Below, piece by piece: positions 46,401 through 55,229 of a DNA stretch of 60,520 nucleotides. The translations under genes and the position numbers were made by a program. Source of the stretch: Bacteroidota bacterium. GTDB taxonomy: Bacteria > Bacteroidota > Bacteroidia > Chitinophagales > Saprospiraceae. Position 1 is the stretch's first letter. Every line of letters begins with the position of its first letter. The stretch lies in the NCBI GenBank assembly GCA_011321935.1, contig DROJ01000138.1:1-60520 (forward strand), in the 5' to 3' direction. Below the pieces are notes generated by a model. It saw nothing but the letters and a program-made list of their open reading frames with translations, did not search any database and had not been told where the DNA came from.

Positions 46401-49400
46401 TGGCAAGAGAACGACGGTTCCGGATGGGTTGACCTTACTAACGGGCTGCTCTCTGATGGAGGTGACGGTGTTAACGGTGTGAATACTGGGTTGTTGGATG
46501 TTTTTGAAACAGCAGGAAGGGACAACCACCAGTTCCGTGCATTGATCTGGTCCAACTACTGTGATTCCCTGACATCCACAGCGGCGACCCTGTTCATCGA
46601 GGGGCCGGTATCGTTCAGCTTACAGCCGCGTGATACTACACAATGTGAGGGCACCGGTGTATCCTTTACTGCAGCCACGTCCAACCCTGGATTGGGCACG
46701 CCATCTTACAACTGGCAGTTGAGTACCGATGACGGTGCAACTTGGGCTGACATCTCAAACGGTGGTGATTACTCCATCACGGGTGCTACCACTACTACCA
46801 TTGTTTACGATACAGTTGGTTATGCCTTGAACGGCAACCGCATCCGCCTAAAAGCATGGACTTCTGTTTGTGATACTGTTTACTCTGAATACGCAGTGTT
46901 CACTGTCGAAGGGGAAATAGGGTTTACGCAGCACCCCAGTTCTGTGACTGCATGTTCTGGTGACCCTGTTTGTTTCGAGGTGGCCACCTCAAATGCAGGT
47001 TCTGGAAATATATACTACCAGTGGGAGCTTTCATTGGATGGCAGTAGCTATGTCAATGTATCGAACAGTAGCACCTACAGTGGCGCACACACCTATTTCA
47101 TGTGCATCTCCGATATATCGGGACTTGACTCTGTTTATTACCGGGCAAGGATTTACACCGACTACTGTGCGGAAGAATGGTCGAACCCGGCCCTGTTGGT
47201 TGAGGAAGGCCCTGTAACTTTCATTGACCACCCAGACGACATCACGCAGTGTTCTGCCGAAGCGGTTGAGTTCTGTGCAGAGGCGCAGATCACCCCGGGC
47301 AACTCTGGTACGATAACCTACCAATGGCAGGCATCTAGCGACGGTATCAACTATGCCGACATCAATGACGGCGGCGGACCGGGCTATATCGGTACCGATT
47401 CTACCTGCCTGACTGTAACAAACGTAGCTGGACTTGATGAGTGGAGGTTCCGCCTCACGGCAAGGACGGGCGTCTGTTCCCGCGACTCTTCATTCTCTGC
47501 CCAATTGAACGTGGAAGGGCCTTTGTCCATCTCTGCCCAGCCATCTGGCGTACAGAATTGTGATGATGCCGAGGCATTGTTCACTGCACAAATCACCAAC
47601 CCTGCCGATCCTGCTGGATTGCAGACAGAATATGTTTGGGAGATATTGCACCCAGATTCTTCTGGTTGGTCCTATTTGACAAATGGTACTTCTTGGAACG
47701 GCATCAACACATTTGGTGGCGCCAACAGCGATACCTTATTGATAACACCTTTGTCCGGTCTCAACGGCTCCTACATCAGGATGAAAGGTTGGACTTCGAC
47801 CTGCGATACTTTGACGACCGACAGCGTACTGCTTGCAGTCGAAGGGCCTTTGACCTTTACCGATGATCCAGATGACGTGACGCTCTGTTCTACTGACCCT
47901 GTTCAGTTTACAGTGGCTATTGACAATGCAACTGGCGTAGGTACCGTACAGTACCAATGGGAGGTCTCAGCGAACGGTATCGCATGGAGCGACGTATCGA
48001 ATGTTTCTCCTTATTCAGGAGCGACCACCAACCAGTTGAGCATCAGCAACACAGCAGGCCTTTACAACTATAAGTACCGCTGCAAGATCAGGACGGGAAC
48101 TTGTAACTGGACCTACTCCACTCTTGCGCAACTGTTCGTTGAAGGGCCGATCAGCATTGACCTGCAACCGACCGACCAGACTGTTTGCGACAACAGAGAC
48201 CTCCTGATCGATACAGAAGTTTCTATTCCGGCAGCCTCTTCTGGGGCACTGACCTTCCAGTGGCAGGTCAGCAGCGATGGCGGCTCCTCTTGGGCCAACC
48301 TTTCTGATGGCGACCAAACTGGGTTCTTTGCCAACTATAATGGAGACATCGGAACGGAGACGGGTTCATACTTCGGTACTAATTCCGAAGACCTTACCAT
48401 CACCCTTGTTGTTGGCCTCGACGGATACATGTACCGCATGCTGATCAATACCTCGACCTGTTCTGCTATCACAGACGAGATTACCCTGACGGTGCAGGAT
48501 GCCTGTACTACGGGAGGTTGTGACTTCGACGGCGACGGTACGATCAACTCTTCTGACTACGACATGGACAATGACCAATTGGTGGACAGCATGGAGGTTT
48601 ACCTGACAGACTCGAACACTGTCCAGGGTTGGAACTATCTTGAACTGGACAACAGCTTGCCCACTCCTGCGGCATTTGTGCCCAACCGCTTCATTAATTA
48701 CAGCACCTGTGATATTGATTCTGATAACGACGGCCTGCAGGACAACCAAGAAGACCCTGACGGTGACCAGATCAACAACGGTGAAGAAACTGACAACGAC
48801 GGTGTCTTCGACGGTGATCCGCTCGATCCTTGTAGCCCGATCTTGGGGCCAACCTGTATCGGTGTCCAACTGGCCATAGATATTTACCTGCAAGGTGGCC
48901 ATATCGGCAACGGGCCGAGCGAGGTCTATGATATGCGCGATGATCTGAGGGAAAAAGGTTACCTGCCCGTTTTAGAGCCTTATACTGCAATCGTTGACAG
49001 CCTTGTACAGACCCAAAGGGACACACCTTTTGTCCATGTAGGCGATGGTGGGGGAGAGTACACTGGTACTTCGATACTGAGTGTCACTGGGGCTGATGCC
49101 GTTATTGACTGGGTGTTCGTGGAACTGCGGTCTTCTACCAATCTGGACAGCGTGATCACTACCCGTGCTGCACTCTTGCAGGCCGATGGAGATGTAGTTG
49201 ATGTGGACGGGGTCTCTGACCTATCGTTCACAAACGCACCTGCCGGGCCATACTATGTAGTGGTACGGCACAGAAACCACTTGGGCATCATGACTGCCGA
49301 AGCAATGGATCTTAGCCCAATCGTTTCGACGGTTGACTTTACTGACCCTGCAACGCCTACTTACGGCGAATATGGACAAGTGGAAATCAACGGCGTGAAC

Positions 49401-49697
49401 TATCTCTGGGGCGGCGATTTCAACGCCAATGGCAGGGTGGTCTATCAAGGGCCCTACAACGACATCAACTACTTGTTTGCCGATATTGTCAACGATCAGG
49501 TCGAACAAGGACAGGATGAAATCCTTGCCAACTGGATTACACTTGGATATGAAAGGTCCGATATAAACTTGGATGGCCAGGTGATCTATCAGGGACCATC
49601 CAACGACCGGGCGCTGATGCTCTTCAACACGACATTGAGCCACCCATTGAACACGGGTAATATTGCCAACTTCGTGATCGAGAGCAGTTTACCGTAA
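43401..49697 (+). CDS. 2098-aa secreted surface protein with at least 13 tandem ~95-aa Ig-like modules, thrombospondin-type-3-like Asp repeats and a distinct C-terminal region
   Basis: Signal peptide MYRSNIYPKLILLVSFMAMGLGSAFAQ. The module consensus is VEGP(L/I)(S/T).T..P.D...C.G....F.....N.G....YQWQ.S.D.G..W.D.....Y.G..T..L.(V/I)....GL....YR......C. I see no CHU_C or Por_Secre_tail motif at the C-terminus. Confidence 0.85.
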   Translation: MYRSNIYPKLILLVSFMAMGLGSAFAQLEFKLQLMDDDTWGVYVKPVGITPSTTTITGSGQVTLVTPDDFTYSGLTSLAGLWQENAVVTGPIENPTRKYISFGMLQAEPSYPIPLQAGEETLLFTIDRIGDCPDTLHLIDCGTPTPTDPFCPPNSETSNPGNDLSVIDFGAGTAFYYFTDIYAPSAWSCHDCDGDGILNGLEDTNGNGTFDPGIDSSAMCDPCDPYHIQSATLDFVGGANEICAGDALDTAYLVVTITNVTGPPQSDDLGWDPFTIQYTNGTDTFTVANYASGDSIAVVPTATDTYSLVMVTDSFSCEPPADSLMGDITISVNGPLTITTDPSDVTECSEDGTTFTAAYNNAGDGTVSQLWQISTDGGATYVDLQDGAPYDDTDSLTMSINPTAGLHGMYYRMKIWTPVCDTVYSAGAQLLVEGPLSVTTDPVEYIVCDGSAATFSAAGANAGAVGTLQYQWQVSTDSGSTWSDVSAGAVYSNVTTTTLTVNAVVGMDGYLYRMAIYTNTCNRIFTASANLDVEGPITVTDQPDDVSNCSGNEVFFITTYTNPGGAVSTTQWEVNDGSGWDPVTGTGVYTGIVDTNLSAVAIDTLTITNVEGLNGNQYRLAISTGTCTTVYSNAATLDVSGSVTFTQQPPFDPINVCAGSDTIIVACASIPQGSFSFAWEYSTDGGATWNTLNIAGDPAYDQSSNGASMSSGCDTLIINDATGLEYTWYRAVAVATDCINVTSDEARLIVEGPLSVNTDPVDVVICSGDPVEFSAAIDNAGDSTAVIQYQWQVSLDNTNWLDIGINSTQYGGINTTTLLVSDVAGLHDNYYRMSATTSDCGFIYTASAHLTVEGPITITQQPSDSTLCYNDQASFTSTANVGTAGTLSYQWQVSSDNTNWTDIGVATDGGVYTGYNTTTLNVTDVTGLYNRCYRMAFTTGQCLEVYSDPACLNIQGPFSIDNQPDDITECSGDPVSFYVGVAESPLNTDYVTDTTHFVYQWQENDGSGWVDLTNGLLSDGGDGVNGVNTGLLDVFETAGRDNHQFRALIWSNYCDSLTSTAATLFIEGPVSFSLQPRDTTQCEGTGVSFTAATSNPGLGTPSYNWQLSTDDGATWADISNGGDYSITGATTTTIVYDTVGYALNGNRIRLKAWTSVCDTVYSEYAVFTVEGEIGFTQHPSSVTACSGDPVCFEVATSNAGSGNIYYQWELSLDGSSYVNVSNSSTYSGAHTYFMCISDISGLDSVYYRARIYTDYCAEEWSNPALLVEEGPVTFIDHPDDITQCSAEAVEFCAEAQITPGNSGTITYQWQASSDGINYADINDGGGPGYIGTDSTCLTVTNVAGLDEWRFRLTARTGVCSRDSSFSAQLNVEGPLSISAQPSGVQNCDDAEALFTAQITNPADPAGLQTEYVWEILHPDSSGWSYLTNGTSWNGINTFGGANSDTLLITPLSGLNGSYIRMKGWTSTCDTLTTDSVLLAVEGPLTFTDDPDDVTLCSTDPVQFTVAIDNATGVGTVQYQWEVSANGIAWSDVSNVSPYSGATTNQLSISNTAGLYNYKYRCKIRTGTCNWTYSTLAQLFVEGPISIDLQPTDQTVCDNRDLLIDTEVSIPAASSGALTFQWQVSSDGGSSWANLSDGDQTGFFANYNGDIGTETGSYFGTNSEDLTITLVVGLDGYMYRMLINTSTCSAITDEITLTVQDACTTGGCDFDGDGTINSSDYDMDNDQLVDSMEVYLTDSNTVQGWNYLELDNSLPTPAAFVPNRFINYSTCDIDSDNDGLQDNQEDPDGDQINNGEETDNDGVFDGDPLDPCSPILGPTCIGVQLAIDIYLQGGHIGNGPSEVYDMRDDLREKGYLPVLEPYTAIVDSLVQTQRDTPFVHVGDGGGEYTGTSILSVTGADAVIDWVFVELRSSTNLDSVITTRAALLQADGDVVDVDGVSDLSFTNAPAGPYYVVVRHRNHLGIMTAEAMDLSPIVSTVDFTDPATPTYGEYGQVEINGVNYLWGGDFNANGRVVYQGPYNDINYLFADIVNDQVEQGQDEILANWITLGYERSDINLDGQVIYQGPSNDRALMLFNTTLSHPLNTGNIANFVIESSLP

Positions 49698-49788
49698 TAT
49701 GGACATGGATGTGGATGTGCCGCTTGTAAGGCAGGCATGTTCACCTCTGAAATACTATGAAACCGGACAACTCCGGGTTATGAAAATT

Positions 49789-49823
49789 TGGCCGCACCTT
49801 AATTGGTGCGGCCATTTTTTTTT
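49789..49823 (+). terminator. rho-independent terminator
   Basis: tggccgcacc ttaatt ggtgcggcca followed by a T9 run. Confidence 0.75.
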
Positions 49824-49856
49824 ATTCACCCCCGAAGTTCCGGGGCAGGCTATTCA

Positions 49857-50210
49857 TCATTCGCCATTCTTGATAATCCCCGTCTGCTCACCAAAATAAT
49901 GCACGAATTTCTGCATGTCAACGGCCAGTTCCCGGTTTTGGGTCGCCTTATAATAGGTGTCGGCCAATGAGCGGAGGGTCTGGAAAAAGAAGCGGTCCAT
50001 CTCGTTCACCTGCATATCGTTGGTCCAGAGGTCTATCTTTATGGTATCGAGGCTTTCCTTGTCAAAGAGGGACAACAGCATGGCTTTGCAGGGGGCGGGC
50101 TTGCCCGCGTTGGGGCTGTCGTCGGCTTCCCAGTCCATTTTGACGGGGACGTTTTTATCGTCGAGGCCGATGTTGATGCGGAGTTGCGAGGTCTTGGCTA
50201 TTTTTTCCAT
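49857..50210 (-). CDS. gldC: gliding motility protein GldC
   Basis: ORF trimmed to ATG 50208-50210 (117 aa). INIGLDDKNVPVKMDWEADD...KAMLLSLFDKESLDTIKIDLWTNDMQVNEMDRFFFQTLRSLADTY matches the GldC pattern as I recall it. Confidence 0.75.
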   Translation of the reverse strand: MEKIAKTSQLRINIGLDDKNVPVKMDWEADDSPNAGKPAPCKAMLLSLFDKESLDTIKIDLWTNDMQVNEMDRFFFQTLRSLADTYYKATQNRELAVDMQKFVHYFGEQTGIIKNGE

Positions 50211-50283
50211 GCAGGTATTTTTTTGTAAAATAATGGTGGTCGGCCCGTTCTTTTGTTGTTTCTCCCTGAAATCAAATAAAAGT

Positions 50284-50402
50284 CTTCGCTCCTCTGCCAT
50301 TTGCCGAAGGCGAAACAGTTCACATGAAAAATGAAGCCATGCACAGCAGCACTTTTTACTTGAATTCTTTCGCCTTCGGCAAATGGCAGAGGAGCGTTGA
50401 AG
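50284..50402. repeat. 119-bp hairpin element
   Basis: cttcgctcctctgccatttgccgaaggcgaaa pairs with tttcgccttcggcaaatggcagaggagcgttgaag. Confidence 0.8.
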
Positions 50403-50464
50403 GCTCAATGATCGGCGGCAAAGGAAAGTAAATTTTAGGAAATAAAACCAATTGAAAAGGGGCG

Positions 50465-50818
50465 GAAGGGAACGCAAGGCAGGCTTTATTTCAACGCAAG
50501 GTAGTTTTTTTTCAACGCAAGGCAAAGCTTTATTTCAACGCAAGGCCGCTAGGCCGCAAGGGAACGCAAGGCAGGCTTTATTTCAACGCAACGATGTTTT
50601 TTCAACGCAAGGCCGCTAGGCCGCAAGGGAACGCAAGGCAAAGGTTTTTAGTCCTTGCGTTCCCTTGCGGCCTAGCGGCCTTGCGTTGAAAAAACATCGT
50701 TGCGTTGAAATAAAGCCTGCCTTGCGTTCCCTTGCGGCCTAGCGGCCTTGCGTTGAAAAAACATCCTTGCGTTGAAAAAACATCCTTGCGTTGAAATAAA
50801 ATCACCCTTGCGTTGAAA
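50465..50818. repeat. ~350-bp mega-palindrome built from TTGCGTTGAAA / CCTTGCGTTCCCTTGCGGCCTAGCGGCC words
   Basis: The left half carries (tttcaacgcaa / gaacgcaagg / ggccgctaggccgcaaggg) units. The right half, from about 50650, is their reverse complement in mirrored order. Confidence 0.85.
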
Positions 50819-50858
50819 AGCAGTGCGCCCGTTATTTCGCAGGAGCGGGAAAAAAGGG

Positions 50859-52730
50859 CTACCTTTTTAAAATTTTCAGCACATCGGTTCCCGTCCCTGC
50901 TTCCCCATTTGCCGCAAGGCGAAAAATATTGAAAAAATAAATGCCTGCGGGCAGGCCCGCCATGTCGAGTACAAATTGGTTTTCGCCTGCGGCAAATGTT
51001 TTCTCTCCGGTTTTTAAAACCAGCCCCGCTGTGCTTTGCAGTTCAAACCCGATGTTTTCAGGACTGGCCAGCTCGAATGAAATGCTCGTTTGCCCATCGC
51101 AGGGGTTGGGGAAAGCCCGCAACTTGGCGGCAAAAGAAACTTCCTCGGCAGCGAGGGGCAAGGGCAGGCGCAGGTCCATTGTTTTCGGCAGGTGGTCGGA
51201 GGCGTTGCGCACGTCGAAAGGGGCGAGGCCGTACTGGTCGAGGCGCTGCTGCGACATGGCTTCTGGTTCGAGGGTAAAGGTTTTTTGTACTTCCAAAACG
51301 CTGTTGGAAATGATCTGGTAATCAATGCGGGAAGGGGGGAAACTGCTGGAACTGCTCCTCCAGGTATAGGCCATGCGCTCGTCGCTGTGCCGGCTGATGA
51401 CATCCAGCAGGCCGCTGCCGTCCCAATCGAGGTTTCCGCCTTGCCCGAAGAGGTTGGTGTTGACGACTTCGCCGGTGAGCAGGGTGGTCAGTTGTTGCCG
51501 TTGGCCGACGAGGTTGAGGTCGCCCGAGAGCAGGAAGGGCGTGCCTTCGGGGAGGTCTATCACTCCGCCCGGCGTTTTGGCATCGAGGATGAACTGGACA
51601 AAGGCATCGGCTTCTTGCTGCCTCAAAAAGTCGGCGCCGCAGCACCTCAAATGGCCGTTGATGACCAATAGGTCGGTACTTGAAAGGACTTCGGGGATGT
51701 CAATGAGCGAGGCGGTGAGCCGGTGGCCGGGGAATATCAGCCAGTTTTGGAGGATGGGAAAACGGGAAACGGTGACGTTGCCCTGGTCCAGTTTTACGGC
51801 ATTCCAGGAGGCAAAGTTTTCGAGCGGGACGGCCCCGTTCATAAAGGTGGCTACCTGCGGGGCGCTGATGTCCCAGCACTCGTTGAAAGTGATAATGTCG
51901 GGGTTCAGTATGGCAAGTACTTTTGCAAAAAATGGCTCGCGGGCAATGTCGTCCAGCCCTGTGTTGAGGGTGTTCCACGAAACCATGCGCACGAGGTTTT
52001 GGCCTTCTTTTTCCAAGTTTGTCAACTCAATGGGCGGGGTGGGGGAGTTGTCGAAAAAATAGGTGAAGGGTTCGTTGCTCTCTGGCATTTTGTCGCCGGA
52101 CGGGCCTGTTTCGTCTATCCAAAAAATGCGCACCCCATCGGCGTTGAAAAGGGGGAAACCTGCGTTGGAAAGGGCATCAAGGGGGATGGCGAGTTCAAAA
52201 ATGGAAGAGGTGACCGTGGGCTGGTGCCGGTAGCCGAGTTTGTTCAAGCTCATGGAGCCTTGCCCGCTCGGCAGTTGGTAAAACACTTCCCGCTCGCCCA
52301 GCCTCAGTTCGAGGTCAACACCGATGCCGTTGGCAAAATTGCCGGTGTTGGCGTCCAAATCGGTATCCAAAAACAGGGTGATGCGGTGGCCTTCGGTGAG
52401 GTTGATTTCTTCGGCAACTTCCAGTTGGAAAAAGAGGTGTTTTTCGTCGTTGGCCACTTCAAAGCGGAGGAAGTCAATGTTGTCGCCGTCGTTTTGGGCG
52501 TCGGTAAATTCAACTGCTTCTGCGGTCCAGTCATCGAACTGGCTGTCAATGGAAATGGGGAGGGACTGGGAAAGGGCAGGGGGGGAGAAGGTGAAAAACA
52601 GGACAGCAAAGGTGGCAAGTGATTGCTGCCAATTTATATGATTTGTTTTTTGGAATATTTCAAAAGAGGCAAATTTAAAAAAGGTGCTGCCCCTAAATGC
52701 GGAGATTGTTTTTATCAATTTTTTTTTCAT
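50859..52730 (-). CDS. endonuclease/exonuclease/phosphatase (EEP)-family protein with T9SS type A sorting domain
   Basis: Trimmed to ATG 52728-52730. EEP-like blocks (SWNTLN..., ITFNECW, LLSGDLNL, SDHLP). C-terminus LRAFPNPCDGQTSISFEL...GIYFFNI. Confidence 0.75.
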   Translation of the reverse strand: MKKKLIKTISAFRGSTFFKFASFEIFQKTNHINWQQSLATFAVLFFTFSPPALSQSLPISIDSQFDDWTAEAVEFTDAQNDGDNIDFLRFEVANDEKHLFFQLEVAEEINLTEGHRITLFLDTDLDANTGNFANGIGVDLELRLGEREVFYQLPSGQGSMSLNKLGYRHQPTVTSSIFELAIPLDALSNAGFPLFNADGVRIFWIDETGPSGDKMPESNEPFTYFFDNSPTPPIELTNLEKEGQNLVRMVSWNTLNTGLDDIAREPFFAKVLAILNPDIITFNECWDISAPQVATFMNGAVPLENFASWNAVKLDQGNVTVSRFPILQNWLIFPGHRLTASLIDIPEVLSSTDLLVINGHLRCCGADFLRQQEADAFVQFILDAKTPGGVIDLPEGTPFLLSGDLNLVGQRQQLTTLLTGEVVNTNLFGQGGNLDWDGSGLLDVISRHSDERMAYTWRSSSSSFPPSRIDYQIISNSVLEVQKTFTLEPEAMSQQRLDQYGLAPFDVRNASDHLPKTMDLRLPLPLAAEEVSFAAKLRAFPNPCDGQTSISFELASPENIGFELQSTAGLVLKTGEKTFAAGENQFVLDMAGLPAGIYFFNIFRLAANGEAGTGTDVLKILKR

Positions 52731-52782
52731 AAAAAAATAGGACATGGCTTCGCCAACTGTTGGGAAGATTTGTAGAATGGTC

Positions 52783-52933
52783 ATAACTGTTTAGCACCCC
52801 TCCTGAGGTGATGCCTTTGGGCGGGGAGTGTGGGGGGAAAGGCGTTGCCTCAATTCGATATATTGAGGCAACGCCTTTCCCCCCACACTCCCCGCCCAAA
52901 GGCATCACCTCAGGAGGCGTGGTAAGCAGTTAC
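52783..52933. mobile_element. 151-bp palindromic MITE of the GTAACT-terminus family
   Basis: ataactgtttagcacccctcctgaggtgatgcc...ggcatcacctcaggaggcgtggtaagcagttac. A perfect 8-bp direct repeat GAATGGTC flanks it at 52775-52782 and 52934-52941. Confidence 0.85.
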
Positions 52934-52994
52934 GAATGGTCTTCTTGAAAGTTTAAGTGGTTGCGGCGAAGTTAGGGATTGAAACGGAATTTGG

Positions 52995-54209
52995 TCAGTG
53001 CATCAAACCGTCGAGCAGCCAATCCGCCAAAAGTTGTCGGTTTCTTGGCACAATGATGCGCTGCTGGTCGGTGGGGTGCTTGATGTTGCCGATTTCGATG
53101 TAGGCCGAGGTGACCTTTGTTTCGCGCAGCATGTGCAGGTCGCGGGAGGTCACGCTGCCGGCGTAGCCCCTTCCTTTGCGGTATTTTTTGTAATTGGCTT
53201 CCATGCTTTTGTGCATGGCGGTGGCCAGTTTTTTCCCTTTCTTGTCGTCGGGGTGGTAGTAAAAATAGAGGTCGGTCTGTTCCCTTTTCCCGCGCGAATC
53301 AACGTGGATAACGATGAGTTTTTGGTCTTTTACGCCCTGCTTGCGGTGCTTTTCGTACAGCTCGTTGATGGCGTCGGAACGCTGGAAGAGGCGGGGCTTT
53401 TGCGGCGCAGGCACTTTGAGGTTGCCCCATGTCAGCTCGTCGGAATCGCATTTCAGGTACTCTTCGTCGCGTATGCCGTCGTTGGGGTCGCGGGTTATCA
53501 TGTAGGCTGTGGCGCCGTGGGCGATGAGGTTCCTGACCAGCCGGAGGGCCACGTCATAGGCGTACTCGTCTTCGCAAAGGGTGTGCCCTCCCTTTTTGGC
53601 CATGGCGCCGGGGTCGGGGCCGCCGTGGCCGCTTTCGATGTAGAATACCTTGCCCCTCAGCTTTTGGCTTTTGAGCGGGGTGAAGGCATATTTTTTTCCG
53701 AAAATGGGGAAGTTGCGGCCTCTGGCCGGGGCATTGGAAAGGTCTTTTGGGGGGCTGTTTTTTAGTGAAGGCTTCTCTTCAACAATAGGAATGGCTTCGG
53801 CCGGGCAATGGAGGAGGTGGTAGGGCACCCAAAGTTTTTTGTCCTTTTTGAATGGTTTTTGGCGGTAGCCGTCTTTGAGCATTTTGTCGTTGTAGGCTTC
53901 TATTTTTTTGGCAATGTTCCAGTCGTTAATGCCCACCGACGAGCGGATGGTCTTCCCGTTGAAATGATAGATGAGAATGGGCAGGGCGTAGGTTTTGCCG
54001 ACCTTTAGCTGTGCCCCGTTTTTCAGTTTGTTGAGGGCATAAAACTTCGAGTGGTTGCAGGAATAGTTGTCGAGGCCATACCGGCGCAACAGCGAGTAAA
54101 CGCCGTCGCCGGGCAGGGCGGGCACTTCGTAAAATTTGGTTTCACCAAATGAGAACGAAAAGGAAAAAAGGACTGCAAAGAATATTGCCGTTATCTTAAG
54201 TATGTTCAT
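52995..54209 (-). CDS. N-acetylmuramoyl-L-alanine amidase (Amidase_3-type) with N-terminal LysM-like segment
   Basis: Trimmed to ATG 54207-54209, with a signal peptide. IESGHGGPDPGA, EDEYAYDVALRL, IVIHVDS and AYIEIGNIKHPTDQ are typical of AmiC-type amidases. Confidence 0.8.
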   Translation of the reverse strand: MNILKITAIFFAVLFSFSFSFGETKFYEVPALPGDGVYSLLRRYGLDNYSCNHSKFYALNKLKNGAQLKVGKTYALPILIYHFNGKTIRSSVGINDWNIAKKIEAYNDKMLKDGYRQKPFKKDKKLWVPYHLLHCPAEAIPIVEEKPSLKNSPPKDLSNAPARGRNFPIFGKKYAFTPLKSQKLRGKVFYIESGHGGPDPGAMAKKGGHTLCEDEYAYDVALRLVRNLIAHGATAYMITRDPNDGIRDEEYLKCDSDELTWGNLKVPAPQKPRLFQRSDAINELYEKHRKQGVKDQKLIVIHVDSRGKREQTDLYFYYHPDDKKGKKLATAMHKSMEANYKKYRKGRGYAGSVTSRDLHMLRETKVTSAYIEIGNIKHPTDQQRIIVPRNRQLLADWLLDGLMH

Positions 54210-54295
54210 TTTATCGAGGAATTTCGGCTTTTCGATTTTCAAACCAAAGCACGAAATTATTGAAAGGCTACAATTTTGCCAAGTTTGGCCAATAA

Positions 54296-54530
54296 AAAAG
54301 AGCCGTCCGGTACATGTACCGGTACGGCTTCCAATTCTCCCTCTCATAAATCTTGCGGCACGGATGCCGCTTTTTCCTTAAAAGGAGGGAAAGAGCCGAC
54401 CGATACATGTACCGGTGCGGCTTCCAATTCTCCCTCTCATAAAATGTTTGGCAGGAGGAACTGCCTTACTCTTCCAGAGGCAGGGAAAGGGCCGACCTGT
54501 ATCGGTGCGGCTTCCGTCTCCCTCTCATAA
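54296..54530. repeat. three tandem hairpin units (each ggagggaaagagccgaccgatacatgtaccggtgcggcttccaattctccctc-like)
   Basis: Units lie at about 54296-54350, 54385-54442 and 54479-54530, each ending ctccctctcataa. A small stem gcggca/tgccgc + TTTTT sits between units 1 and 2. Confidence 0.8.
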
Positions 54531-55165
54531 TATTTTGACTGTTTTCATCAGCTTACATTTGGCATGTGCTGACATGCGGAGACGAACCACGAAATGGATT
54601 TGCTTGAACTGTGGCCATAGAAAAACCATGGCACTGTTTGACAGGTAAAACGAGCAGGTGCGGTTTTGTAAAAACAGGCTCGCCAATACTGGAGAGCAAG
54701 GCTGCAAGCGTTGCAAAGTAGTTCATAGTCCGTTCTTTTGTAAAAAATGGTCGTAAGGGGTGCCATCAATTGCAGGCGCCCACTACCATGTAGTTTTTGT
54801 TAAATCGTTGAGTGATGAAAACCAGTTGAAAACTAAGTTTTAATGTGCAATGAACCCTACTTTCTGAAAATGGAAACTTGACCTTGATAAAGGAAAAGGT
54901 GGCAGGAAAAATGCCGGGAATGGAAAGTAAAAGTGTTCGTTTGCATAGTTTGATGTTTGTTTAAACCTTAAAAAAAATGTGATACGTGATGATGTCCGCA
55001 GGTCATTTGTGGTGATCCTTGAACGGAAAATTTTAAACTTAAACGAGGGAGAAATTCAAAAGGGAGGGAATTGTAAATCGGGAAAATGATAGCCAAGAAC
55101 TGTACCAAAAAGCGTCTTACGAAAACGGGCAATGGAAAACATTTCAGGTAAAAAAGACCACCACC

Positions 55166-55206
55166 TAAAAAGCCCCGTTCTTTGGACTAATCCAAGAACG
55201 GGGCTT
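55166..55206 (-). terminator. rho-independent terminator
   Basis: Minus strand: agccccgttcttgg...ccaaagaacggggct stem followed by TTTTT, about 25 nt past the stop at 55230. Confidence 0.7.
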
Positions 55207-55229
55207 TGAAGAAAAAAGCGGAGCAGCCT

